A stretch of DNA of 64,000 nucleotides, taken from an uncultured Candidatus Saccharibacteria bacterium. Its GTDB lineage: Bacteria > Patescibacteriota > Minisyncoccia > Phycocordibacterales > Zambryskibacteraceae. The first letter of the stretch is position 1, and each line of letters opens with the position of its first letter. The stretch spans positions 5,132 through 69,131 of the forward strand of contig CAZYVS010000001.1 of NCBI GenBank assembly GCA_964651655.1. Reading direction: 5' to 3'. The translations under genes and the position numbers were made by a program. This document shows, one piece after another, positions 10,521 to 20,051 of this stretch. The notes under the pieces are model-generated. The model made no database searches, had not been told where the DNA came from, and saw nothing but the letters and a program-made list of their open reading frames with translations.

Positions 10521-11462
10521 TTATACTTTAAGGTACTTTCGAATAGCAAGAGCGCTCGAAAGCGCGCCAATAAATATTCCCGAAGCTATAATGATGAAAG
10601 CAATTTCTAAAAAATGACGCAGATAATAAGAAAAGAGATTGAAGCCGACAAAAAAATCTTTAGTCGCGCCGCCCAGCCAATAAGTAATGGGCAGCAGGAG
10701 AAGTAGAGTCAGAATGCCCGCCACTACTCCGTAAATCACACCCACCACCACGAAGGGCCCCCGAATATAAGTGGTTGAGGCGCCCACTAGGCGCATGACG
10801 CTAATCTCATCTCTGGCCAGATAAATTGTCAGGCGGATAGTATTGAAAGCGATTAGCACGGAGATTACCGCCAGGAAAAACATGGCCACAAAACCAAGCC
10901 AGTCGGCGGACGCAATCACTTTGGTTAACCTGTCAATGGCAGTTTTGTTTTGAAAATAATTAATCCGATCAATGATAGAAAAACCGGCAGAGGAAAGCGC
11001 ATTATCACTTTCTAGGAATTCAGCCACCGAGGCATATTGTGAAGGATCTCTGGCTTTGATATTTAGGACGCCGCCTAAAGGATTCTCGCCAAGTTCGTCC
11101 AGGGCCGAGAGGATGGCCTGGTCGTTTGAATGTCTTTCTTTAAAGAGAGTCAGCGCTTCATCGCGAGAAACATAAGTGACCAAAAGGACTGCCGGTAAAG
11201 ATTCAACGGAATGTTTGATATTTAAAATGTCCTCCTCTTTAGCCGAAGTGATGAAAGTGACATTGATGTCTATCTTATTTTTTAATTCGGCCAGAGTGGT
11301 ATCTAAAATAGCACTGGAAAAGGAAATCAGACCGATAACCAGAAGCGTTACCATCATGATCAAAACAGAAGCCAGAGTGACCGTCGTGTCTCTCCAGAAA
11401 TTAAAAAAACCGGTGCGCAGAATTCTCTTTAAGTTTGTCCAGAACATTTGCTTTTTACTCAT
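10521..11462 (-). CDS. ftsX: cell division permease FtsX
   Basis: NTIRL...EISVMRLVGAS...IRGPF; downstream of ftsE. Confidence 0.92.
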   Translation of the reverse strand: MSKKQMFWTNLKRILRTGFFNFWRDTTVTLASVLIMMVTLLVIGLISFSSAILDTTLAELKNKIDINVTFITSAKEEDILNIKHSVESLPAVLLVTYVSRDEALTLFKERHSNDQAILSALDELGENPLGGVLNIKARDPSQYASVAEFLESDNALSSAGFSIIDRINYFQNKTAIDRLTKVIASADWLGFVAMFFLAVISVLIAFNTIRLTIYLARDEISVMRLVGASTTYIRGPFVVVGVIYGVVAGILTLLLLLPITYWLGGATKDFFVGFNLFSYYLRHFLEIAFIIIASGIFIGALSSALAIRKYLKV

Positions 11463-11471
11463 AAAATTTAA

Positions 11472-12152
11472 CTAGACGAAATATTTTCCGGCTCTATCGT
11501 CACGCACTACCCGGCCGCGCTCCATGGCCACCACCCGCCGTTTCAACAAATCAATTATACCCTTATTATGGGTAGCCAGTATCACCGTGGTCCCCAAGTC
11601 GTTAATTTTTTTTAATATTTGAACTATGTCGTAAGTATTGGCCGGGTCAAGATTACCGGTCGGCTCATCGGCGATAATAATATCCGGCTCATTGACCAAG
11701 GCGCGAGCGATAGCCACCCGCTGTTTCTCTCCGCCGGACAACTCGCGGGGAAAATTCCAAACCTTCGGCGTTAAATCCACCAATTCAAGCACGTGCGGCA
11801 CATCGGATTCTATTTCTTCATCCGCTCGTCCGGCCGCTTCCATGGTGAAAGCGATATTTTCATACACGGTCTTATTGGGAAGCAGACGAAAGTCTTGGAA
11901 AACCATGCCCACCTTCCGACGAAAAACATCCGTTTCTTTTTTAGTTAGCTTGTGAATATCGGTGGATTCGTAATAAATCGCGCCTTCCGTCGGCTCTTCT
12001 TCTCCGAGAAAAAGTTTCAAAAGAGTGGTTTTGCCGGCGCCGGAGGGTCCAACAATAGAAACAAATTCTCTCGGCTCGATAGAGAGCGTCACTTCATCTA
12101 GGGCGACGGAACTGTCCGGATAAATTTTTGAAACGCGGTCAAAAACAATCAT
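11472..12152 (-). CDS. ftsE: cell division ATPase FtsE
   Basis: [34 protein letters not shown]. Confidence 0.93.
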   Translation of the reverse strand: MIVFDRVSKIYPDSSVALDEVTLSIEPREFVSIVGPSGAGKTTLLKLFLGEEEPTEGAIYYESTDIHKLTKKETDVFRRKVGMVFQDFRLLPNKTVYENIAFTMEAAGRADEEIESDVPHVLELVDLTPKVWNFPRELSGGEKQRVAIARALVNEPDIIIADEPTGNLDPANTYDIVQILKKINDLGTTVILATHNKGIIDLLKRRVVAMERGRVVRDDRAGKYFV

Positions 12153-12268
12153 ATCGCATTATTTTAACACGCAATGATTTCCACAACAAGATGACGGGTT
12201 GTAAAAAAACAAAAAACATCATTAAGCGTTTTCTAGTATTTTTTAGCATTGCAATATACTACACACCC

Positions 12269-12286
12269 GGTATGATATATCATACC
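12269..12286. repeat. perfect palindrome GGTATGATATATCATACC (GATATATC family), upstream of TrpR-like gene
   Basis: Seen directly; second copy at 12732-12753. Confidence 0.85.
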
Positions 12287-12289
12287 TTT

Positions 12290-12703
12290 ATGAAGGTACG
12301 GGCAAAATCATTAACTAAAGAGCAGCGGATAGAAACGCTTGACACACTCTACACAGCTGCCGCCTCGGTACAAGGAAGGACGGCAGTGAAGCTTTTTTTA
12401 CGAGACTTGCTTACCGAGAGTGAACGTATTATGTTGGGACGTCGAATCATTATTGCCCGCAAACTCATTAGAGGAACCAGCCGTGACGATATAGCCGCGG
12501 AACTGCGGGTCGGTTACGATACTATCCACCGCGTTCATCGATGGCTTCACGACCAATTTCCCGGTTACGAACAAGCTGTCAAAGGGATGGAGAAAGAATT
12601 TGAAAAGCGTCGCGGAAAAAAATTGGGCGCAACAAGCGCGCTCTATCGTCTTAAGAAAAAGTATCCATTGCACTTTCTATTATTCCCTTGGCCGAAACAC
12701 TAG
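12290..12703 (+). CDS. TrpR-like YerC/YecD family HTH protein
   Basis: FLRDLLTESERIMLGRR...IAAELRVGYDTIHRV; likely start ATG 12290 (ORF track starts 12128). Confidence 0.8.
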   Translation: MKVRAKSLTKEQRIETLDTLYTAAASVQGRTAVKLFLRDLLTESERIMLGRRIIIARKLIRGTSRDDIAAELRVGYDTIHRVHRWLHDQFPGYEQAVKGMEKEFEKRRGKKLGATSALYRLKKKYPLHFLLFPWPKH

Positions 12704-12731
12704 CGTATACATTTCGTGTCTAGTTTTATTT

Positions 12732-12753
12732 GAGGTATGATATATCATACCTC
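12732..12753. repeat. perfect palindrome GAGGTATGATATATCATACCTC (GATATATC family)
   Basis: Seen directly downstream of TrpR-like gene. Confidence 0.85.
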
Positions 12754-12799
12754 TGGACTATCTTGACTCAAACTTAATACTTTGTGGTATATTTAAATT

Positions 12800-13363
12800 A
12801 TGGACGGAAGCAAACAAATCGCCGTTGTTCTCGCCATCTTAGCAGCCGGAAGTATACTCTTCGTCGGCAACCGGGATATCTCTTCTTATTTCCCGTCATT
12901 CTCCTTCTCACTCCCCTCTTTAGAAATTTCCCGGAATAGTACCGACGCGACCCTATCGGTCGAGGCATGGAATATCTTTCAGAATTACCTAAAATTTGCT
13001 AAAAATCACGATCTTATCGGTATCCGCAGTCTCTCGCACCAAATCTCCGCGACCTGTAACGACCCTGCGAAAGAAAACGACTGTTTCGCTCTGATGGATA
13101 GCGTCTACTCCTTTGCCAGCCCTCTTAAATTGAGCGATTTTAACCATATCCAATCGGATGAACGCCAAATAGTTATGTACACGGACGGTCCCACGGTGGC
13201 TACCTTATATTTCACTAGAAATGCAGACGACACAAAAGTGCTCGGCATGAGATTTTGTTTCGAAGATGAAACAACTATCGGAACTTGTGTAATGATTGAC
13301 TCTCTTAAACAGGATTCAAACAACAACGGCTGGTGGGACAGCGTTGAATCCCTCTTCTATTAA
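12800..13363 (+). CDS. hypothetical exported/membrane-anchored protein
   Basis: N-terminal hydrophobic stretch, Cys pairs, C-terminal DSNNNGWWD. Confidence 0.6.
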   Translation: MDGSKQIAVVLAILAAGSILFVGNRDISSYFPSFSFSLPSLEISRNSTDATLSVEAWNIFQNYLKFAKNHDLIGIRSLSHQISATCNDPAKENDCFALMDSVYSFASPLKLSDFNHIQSDERQIVMYTDGPTVATLYFTRNADDTKVLGMRFCFEDETTIGTCVMIDSLKQDSNNNGWWDSVESLFY

Positions 13364-13381
13364 TTAACAAGGGCCACAGTT

Positions 13382-14338
13382 TTAGTTTCCTAACGTGATA
13401 AACGAATGTTCTGTAGTTGTAGCGCTGTTGTTTGCCTTATCGGAAACTTTCACCAAATAGTAATAAGTTGTGGAAGCCGTTAATTCAGAGAGATTGTAGG
13501 AATGGAAAGTCTTCCGGGTACCATTGTCCAATCTATTTGCCGAGGATACGTTCAGAGGTGTCGTCGTGCTGTACCAAAGTGTGGAAATGGCATTCTCATT
13601 AGTAAACCATGTTACGGAAGCCGTAGTGCTTGCTGTGCTGGTAGCCGAGAGGTCTCTTATAATTGGAGCCAACACATCAGGCGTAGTCGTCCCTAGCTTC
13701 CAGTCATCACCCTTCTTCTCTATACCTTTTGGTAATTTCTGACATTCGGGAACAATCGGTTTTACCCCATCATGTTTTCTTAGCCATCCTGGAGCAATTA
13801 AGTGTCCCGGAGGCACAGCGGCACATAGACGATGTTTCTTTTTGTCATTATCATTATCATTATCATCGTCCTCATCGTCATCTTCGAAAGCAATCTGATT
13901 ATCTTTTAAGAGTCTGTTCAATAACATTCGGGTCCTGGGACCAACCCAGCCCACTTGCTCAAGACCATTTTCCTTCTGAAGACGCTTGAGTGCCCTCTCT
14001 GTTGCCTTTCCAAAGTATCCTGTTATTAATCCTTCAGGATAAATATCCGGGTTCGCAGCAAGAAGCGCCTGTAAGGCTTCTACGGCCTCTCCCCGCGACC
14101 CAAGGCTTAAACTAATAAGAAAATCGTTAAACTGTGTAGTCACTTGAGTTTGTAGAGTCATTTGACTAGTTACTAGGGCGTCAATTTGTTTCTGTAGAGC
14201 TTGTATTTGCTGAAGGAGCACCGATATTGCATTAATCTGCGTCGTGCTGGTAGCAGACTGGGCCATACTAATAGAAGGTATGAACATGGCGCCCGCTGTA
14301 AGCAGACCGACTAAGGGGATAAGCGACTTTCGTTTCAT
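13382..14338 (-). CDS. secreted protein with peptidoglycan-binding and FN3/purple-acid-phosphatase-N-like domains
   Basis: Signal peptide; LSLGSRGEAVEALQ...TGYFGKAT...GWVGPRTR; W-T-E...H...L-L---T-YYY. Confidence 0.8.
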   Translation of the reverse strand: MKRKSLIPLVGLLTAGAMFIPSISMAQSATSTTQINAISVLLQQIQALQKQIDALVTSQMTLQTQVTTQFNDFLISLSLGSRGEAVEALQALLAANPDIYPEGLITGYFGKATERALKRLQKENGLEQVGWVGPRTRMLLNRLLKDNQIAFEDDDEDDDNDNDNDKKKHRLCAAVPPGHLIAPGWLRKHDGVKPIVPECQKLPKGIEKKGDDWKLGTTTPDVLAPIIRDLSATSTASTTASVTWFTNENAISTLWYSTTTPLNVSSANRLDNGTRKTFHSYNLSELTASTTYYYLVKVSDKANNSATTTEHSFITLGN

Positions 14339-14412
14339 TTGTGTAATTAATTTATAACTAATAAACCTGATACCATAGACGATTATACTGCTATATCCTT
14401 ACAGACTACTTT

Positions 14413-15066
14413 CTACTTTGAAAATATACGGACAAACCAGCCCAAGAGGCTCAACTTGCTTTCGTTCGCATCAACAAACACTTGTATATCCGCGGAAACT
14501 TTTTCTAAAGCTTGAATCTACACCTCTAGATCCGCCTTAACACTGGCGCTGGCCGTCTTTTGCTCGGCCTTCTTTAGCCTGGCAATATGATTTTGGGTAG
14601 TGACTATAGCAGAACGCAGTTCTCCAAGATTTTTGTAATCAGGACCAAACAGAAATACTTTTACTTTGTTCTCGGAGATAACTTTTGCCATGCTATTATT
14701 TACTTGCGCAGTTGTCGAAGCCTGTTCTTGGGCTACCAACCTGATATCCGCGCCAATTCCACTATCTCTATCTGCGATAGCCAGAAGAGATTTAACTACC
14801 AAGGAAACTTTACTTTTCTGTTCATCTCCCTGGTGTCCCTCCGCTCGTGATGAAGAGGTGGCGTTCCCTTGAGTTGAGGTGGCAGGCTTGTTTTGAGACT
14901 GCGCGCTTCCTGTCGCACTGGCACTTACGGAAGTTTGTGACCCTCCTCCATATACATTGACCCCGGCACCAACATTGACTTCTACAGCTGAAGCTGTGGC
15001 TCCCCCAGCCAATAATACTGCCAAGGTGGCTACCGCTAAGCTAAACCTTTTGTGTTCTTTTTTCAT
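14413..15066 (-). pseudogene. secreted coiled-coil protein with one in-frame TAG (14518-14520)
   Basis: Frame continues after LEV* as IQALEK...LSLLGWFVRIFSK to a stop at 14413. Confidence 0.55.
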
Positions 15067-15180
15067 ATATTTATTAAGACGAATAAAAACTGATTTCCTT
15101 TCAGCTAATCAATACTCTATCATAATGTATTCCTTTACTAAACTGCGTGGCTAATTCTTCTAGATTCTCCTTATTTTCAT

Positions 15181-15897
15181 TCAAGGTTGAACCTTGATAA
15201 TCCGTTTTATAATTGTATGGATAAATTTTAATACCACGTTCTCCGTATCTATATAGTCATCATTTTGAACAGCAATAAACATTTTTTCTTCAGCGAGCAC
15301 TTTCACATTTGTACTTTCAACAGTGGCACCGGAAATAATACTTGGGCTAGATTCTGTCGCCACCGCCATAGGTCTTGATGTTTTAGGTTGAGGAATAGGC
15401 CGACCAAAAAGCTGAACAATATAAATGCTCTCTTGGCCATTATAGACACCGGGCGCAAGAGCTATGCCAATCTCGGTGAATTTATCGTTAAGAATATTGG
15501 CGCGATGTCCTTGAGAATTCATCCAGGCGCGCACCACATCTTCCGAATCTATAAAGTTAATTGCTAAATTTTCACCCGCATAGAGAAAATCATAACCGCC
15601 TTGGGAAAACCAGTACCAGGGAGATTTGCCTTCGGGACTAGTGTGAGCAAAGTAATTCTTCTGCGCCATATCATTGGCCTTTAATTGAGCGGCGGCGGTC
15701 AGAATGGGACTAAACTCCAGCGGATTCAAATTTTGAGAGAAACGATTTGAATTAGTCAGGTCGAATAAGACTCCGGTGATAACAGCTGAAAGTAAATTAG
15801 GACGATTTGCAATGAGAGATTTGGTGGAGAAGACCAATCCAAAAAGAACAACTGCTAGAAAAGCGATGCCTATGAGATTTCTAAGTCTCTTTCTCAT
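15181..15897 (-). CDS. CAP/SCP (YkwD-like) domain protein
   Basis: YFAHTSP, AGENLA, WMNSQGHRANIL, EIGIA. Confidence 0.9.
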   Translation of the reverse strand: MRKRLRNLIGIAFLAVVLFGLVFSTKSLIANRPNLLSAVITGVLFDLTNSNRFSQNLNPLEFSPILTAAAQLKANDMAQKNYFAHTSPEGKSPWYWFSQGGYDFLYAGENLAINFIDSEDVVRAWMNSQGHRANILNDKFTEIGIALAPGVYNGQESIYIVQLFGRPIPQPKTSRPMAVATESSPSIISGATVESTNVKVLAEEKMFIAVQNDDYIDTENVVLKFIHTIIKRIIKVQP

Positions 15898-15921
15898 CCC
15901 TCTGATTGTACTTGAATATAA

Positions 15922-18708
15922 CTATCTTCCAAAGGGTCTCACGATCTGGGAAATACGTTTTTGTTTAAAAATATTTTTCAGCAGATCAATAAGTCCCTCT
16001 CTCGGCGGCGGGGGCGGATTGATTGGAGTATCGTCGATATTGTCAAGGTTAGTATGGATATCGTTATCGTCTAGTTTGGCTGGAGGAATTTTATTTCGCG
16101 CCGGAGTTTTGTCAATTGCGACAATGATAGCCGGGGCATTTGGATTCTTGGACCACGGAACCAGAGGCGGTATTTGGAGCGCGAGTGCCGGACATTCCAG
16201 CATATTTATCCAACGTAAAGTCGTCTGATACGCGATGCCGGTGGATGTATTCAGACCCCATGGAGCGAGAATTTCACGCGGATATTTCTCTTGAAAGGTC
16301 TTAAGCGCATTGTACGTAAGAGGACCATAGACGCCAGTTACCGGTAAACCGGCGCCCATTTCCCCGTTCAAGAACTCTTGTAATTTCATAACTTGTTCCA
16401 CGTCATTATCAGCGCCATGGCGGATAAATTTATCCATATAAAGACCGCAGCTTACCCCAAGAACTTCGCCCTTACTTTCCACCGTGACACGAGAAGAAGC
16501 GACACCCGAAGAAGCATCGGTGCTTAAGTCAGGGTCTTGAAGGTAATCTCCTCCCAAGGCCTCAACCCAAGCGGTATTCGTATAAACACCCGGAGTGGTG
16601 CTGGCATTAAAGATTGCCGTGTAGGTAATAGTAATCTCTTCATTCGGAAAAATTTCACCAAGTTCCCAATTATTTTTGGTTATAATCTTGCCGTTTTCAT
16701 CTTTAAGAACATCATAGAGAATTCCTTCAAAAGCGGAACCGCCTTTATTTTCAATCACAATCGTGTAGTCCACGGTGCTCGAAGCGGTAATATCTGTGCC
16801 GGTGGCGGAATTTGTTTTGGTTATATAAAGAGAGGGATAGGTGCTCGCTTTCGTAACGCTTTCGTAAGAAATTGATCTGCCGAATGACCGTAAGCGACGA
16901 GCCAAAAGAGAAACTGTATCGGAATTATCGGCCGGGTTACCGTCGGTTTCATTGGCTGAAACTTCAAACGCATGGTCAATCAGAGTATCTCCATATGGCA
17001 AACCGCCATTCACTTTTGCCCGATACGAAAATTCTTTTATCTCGCCGGGCAAAAGGTCTCCTACTTCCAGGGAGTATATTTCATTTTGGTCCCCGCCTTC
17101 AAAACTGATGTGTGGTGAGTCGAAACTTCCATTAAATCGTACATTATGAGCCGAGGCATCACCACGATTGGCGACTGTAGTATGGAAGATGGGTTCCGAG
17201 CCCGGGCCAAGAATCTCTGGTCCTTCCACTTGCGAAGCCACCCAGATGTCAGGTTGGCCGAATGAGACATTACCCGACCAATCTCCAAAGATGTTAATGA
17301 GCGCGATAATCCAGTTGGAACTTATAACATTGGTATTGGCAACATTCAAAACGTTTGCTCCGGCATAAGCATTACCGGTGTTGATAGAAGCCGTACCACC
17401 CGCGCTCGTTGCCTTGTTTTCTCCCGTGAGAGCGAATACTTTGACGTTATTTCCGATGTTAGCGGTATTATTAGTTTTCACGTCAATACCTCCCCCACCT
17501 CCGGCACCATCTTCGTTCGCCCCATCATTAGAAAAGAGTTCAATACCGGATGGCGTCTCGGTCCAACTTATTCCCTCCGGCGCATTGAAGACCGAACCGT
17601 TCCAGTTGCCGAAGATTCTAAAGACAACAAAGAATGTGGGAGCGTTGACAAGATTGGTGTTGATAATATTTGCGACGTTACTGCCAGCCACAGCATTGCC
17701 GGTTTCAATTAAACTTCCATCGCCTTCCGTTTCGTTATCTCCGGTGTTGGCCGAGGTTTCCACTTCATTTTCAACATTAGCTGAATTGGTATTGGAAATA
17801 TTTGCTCCGCCGACCGTAGAAAACGGGGTGAAGAAATTGGAGAAAAAGTCCGAGTTCGGGAAGATGAGGTCGCCGTTCCACCCGCCGAAGTTGTTGAAAG
17901 CGAAGAGTAGATAATTTGAGTTGATAATATTGGTATTGGCAACATTGACCACATTGGCGCCAGCGTAAGCGTTACCGGTGTTGATCGAAGCGCCATTACC
18001 ACCCAAAGCAAAGTTCTGCCCGGTTGAAGAACGCACGATAACCACGTTTGAAATTGTGGCATCATTTTCCGTCTCTACTTTAAGAGTGGAAGCAAGGCCG
18101 TCGCAAGTTGGAGTGCCGCAGGGATTGTCGGAATTTGGAGGTGCTTCAGAAGAAGTTATGGGCCGGAGATCAATATGTCCAAGTGACTGGAGAAAATTAT
18201 TAAGAAGATACAAGAAACCGTTTGATTCAACCAGATTAAGATTGACCACCGAGACCACATTGGCAGAAGCATAGGCGTCGCCTGTCGTAATTAGAGTCTC
18301 GTTCGTTGAGGAAGCGTTATTCTCTCCCGTCGCGGCAGTAGTGGTGGCCTCATTTTCTACCACGCCTTCGTTGTTAATTAAAACATTCTCGTTCTCCGCC
18401 GGCAGAGTCTCAACTTCAACTACATTTACGTTGACACTGCTCTCCGTGTCAGTTTCCGCCACAGCATCGCCAGTATCTATAATTACTTCTCCGTTTGAGA
18501 TAGCTTGCTCCTCTTCAAGTACTGGCTCTGGCACCGTCTCCTCTACTACTACCGGCGCCTCTTCAACACTTGGCGTCTCTTCTACAATATCCTCGGCCTG
18601 AACTTGTAAGGGATACACCGGCGCTAGAATTAACGACCAGATAACTACTCCGGCGGTTAAACGTTTAGCTGTCTCCCAAGTATTAGACTGTAAAGATTGA
18701 AAAAACAT
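15922..18708 (-). CDS. large secreted surface protein: Asn/Thr/Gly repeats, DUF11-like Ig domains, C-terminal peptidoglycan-binding domain
   Basis: Signal peptide; recurring TGxN / ITTGDAYA / NVANTN motifs; ITKT...YTI-IEN-G; VMKLQEFL...TGVYGPLT. Confidence 0.75.
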   Translation of the reverse strand: MFFQSLQSNTWETAKRLTAGVVIWSLILAPVYPLQVQAEDIVEETPSVEEAPVVVEETVPEPVLEEEQAISNGEVIIDTGDAVAETDTESSVNVNVVEVETLPAENENVLINNEGVVENEATTTAATGENNASSTNETLITTGDAYASANVVSVVNLNLVESNGFLYLLNNFLQSLGHIDLRPITSSEAPPNSDNPCGTPTCDGLASTLKVETENDATISNVVIVRSSTGQNFALGGNGASINTGNAYAGANVVNVANTNIINSNYLLFAFNNFGGWNGDLIFPNSDFFSNFFTPFSTVGGANISNTNSANVENEVETSANTGDNETEGDGSLIETGNAVAGSNVANIINTNLVNAPTFFVVFRIFGNWNGSVFNAPEGISWTETPSGIELFSNDGANEDGAGGGGGIDVKTNNTANIGNNVKVFALTGENKATSAGGTASINTGNAYAGANVLNVANTNVISSNWIIALINIFGDWSGNVSFGQPDIWVASQVEGPEILGPGSEPIFHTTVANRGDASAHNVRFNGSFDSPHISFEGGDQNEIYSLEVGDLLPGEIKEFSYRAKVNGGLPYGDTLIDHAFEVSANETDGNPADNSDTVSLLARRLRSFGRSISYESVTKASTYPSLYITKTNSATGTDITASSTVDYTIVIENKGGSAFEGILYDVLKDENGKIITKNNWELGEIFPNEEITITYTAIFNASTTPGVYTNTAWVEALGGDYLQDPDLSTDASSGVASSRVTVESKGEVLGVSCGLYMDKFIRHGADNDVEQVMKLQEFLNGEMGAGLPVTGVYGPLTYNALKTFQEKYPREILAPWGLNTSTGIAYQTTLRWINMLECPALALQIPPLVPWSKNPNAPAIIVAIDKTPARNKIPPAKLDDNDIHTNLDNIDDTPINPPPPPREGLIDLLKNIFKQKRISQIVRPFGR

Positions 18709-19111
18709 ATTTGAAAATTTTATTTATAAACGCTAGTACAGGACTCACCACCGTGTGCAAAATCGAACTTTGCACACTACTGGTTTCTTCCCCGCTGACC
18801 TGCGCTTCGACGCTTGTCGAGGATTTAACGTTGGACAGATTTACTTCAACATTTTTTTCTATTACCGCATCCTCGCCGGCAGGCGCTGTTACAGTTTCAT
18901 CAATGTCGGTAACAACTTCCCCGTCAATTTCAGTGTAAATCTTTACATTGGCTTTACTCTCGCCTTGGATAATTTCTCCCCCCGAATTAACCAAATTACT
19001 ACCCGTAGAAGCTGATGATGAGACATTATTTATAATCTCCACGGCATAAAGCGGCCAGGCTATACCTAGCCCGAGAGCGACCGCAATAATTTTTGTAGAT
19101 AGACTTAACAT
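18683..19111 (-). CDS. secreted hypothetical protein
   Basis: Likely start ATG 19111 (MLSLSTKII...) with signal peptide; SASTGSN motif shared with neighbours; in-frame palindrome at 18753-18777. Confidence 0.6.
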   Translation of the reverse strand: MLSLSTKIIAVALGLGIAWPLYAVEIINNVSSSASTGSNLVNSGGEIIQGESKANVKIYTEIDGEVVTDIDETVTAPAGEDAVIEKNVEVNLSNVKSSTSVEAQVSGEETSSVQSSILHTVVSPVLAFINKIFKYVFSIFTV

Positions 19112-19267
19112 CACTTGTGTGCAAAGCTCGGCTTTGCACAAACTTATTTCCCTCGAATTCCGCTCCATTTTGTTTCCCAAGGTTCGACCTTCAGAATTCC
19201 TAAGGTCGAACCTTTGATAATGGGGCGGCACCCGAAGGTCCCGTAGGACGGGACACTTCGAAAAAAA

Positions 19268-19858
19268 CTATCTTCGAACGCGAACGATGTTCGTGTTGAC
19301 AACATTTACAACTTCCGACCAAGCGCTTGCGTCACCTGTTTTAATTGACCCACCATTTCCGCCGTTGGCATCGCTGTCAGCGTCAGAGTGCCAGCCCTTG
19401 GCTTTGGCTTTGCTTTTAGCATCGCCCCCACTGGAAATGTTTCCTCCTGTCGATGCATTAGTTGTGACGGTGTTAGTCACATATGTGTCGTCATTATTCA
19501 CGTCAACATCAATGTCACCCTTGCACCCGCAAGGAGATTTAACCTTGACATCATTAGAGTTGACAACATTTGTCACATACGAATCTGCCCATGCATCACC
19601 AGTTGTGATTGAGCCGCCATTTCCACCGTTAGCGTCACTATCAGCGTCACCACCCCATTTGGCTTTGGCTTTGCTTTTAGCATCGCCCCCACTGGAAATG
19701 TTTCCTCCTGTCGATGCATTAGTTGTGACGGTGTTAGTCACATATGTGTCGTCATTATTCACGTCAACATCAATGTCACCGCTCTGGTGGGAGGCCAGTG
19801 CTGGTGAGGTAAAGCTCAAGAGAGCCACGATAGCAAAGATTGCTGTAATTTTCTTCAT
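19268..19858 (-). CDS. secreted repeat protein (two 87-aa units)
   Basis: Signal peptide; two copies of GDIDVDVNNDDTYVTNTVTTNASTGGN...; ends VNTNIVRVRR. Confidence 0.75.
   Translation of the reverse strand: MKKITAIFAIVALLSFTSPALASHQSGDIDVDVNNDDTYVTNTVTTNASTGGNISSGGDAKSKAKAKWGGDADSDANGGNGGSITTGDAWADSYVTNVVNSNDVKVKSPCGCKGDIDVDVNNDDTYVTNTVTTNASTGGNISSGGDAKSKAKAKGWHSDADSDANGGNGGSIKTGDASAWSEVVNVVNTNIVRVRR
19398..19780. repeat. intragenic direct repeat, 122 bp identical (19398-19519 and 19659-19780), period 261 bp
   Basis: Direct comparison of the two copies. Confidence 0.85.
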
Positions 19859-20051
19859 TTGTTTTCTTTACTTAATTAACTTGTAATTAATCAAAATTTT
19901 TCTTCGGTCCCTTAAGGGCTAACTGAAGAAAAATTTTGTTTTATCAACCTTGTCCCGCTAAAGGCGGGGCTTCTTGGATTCTTGGAACCCAAGAAGCAAG
20001 GGATGTTTCCCTCTCCCTCATTTCTTGGGTTCCAAGCAGATTTTTGAAGAA

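Noticed and set aside
13840-13885. Asp/Asn-rich low-complexity repeat
   Set aside because: Ordinary acidic linker in a secreted protein
14518-14520. Alternative genetic code (TAG or TGA recoding)
   Set aside because: Conserved genes terminate normally at TAG (ftsE, rnc, nusB) and TGA (murA, miaA, rpmG); standard code 11 fits
19112-19231. N-terminal extension of ORF 18683-19231
   Set aside because: Runs through intergenic palindromes; the signal peptide begins at ATG 19111
19398-19780. Possible CRISPR array
   Set aside because: Only two long coding repeats; no repeat-spacer periodicity and no cas genes in the window
16537-19886. Many long + strand ORFs over the repeat-protein cluster
   Set aside because: Antisense shadows caused by codon bias of the - strand genes
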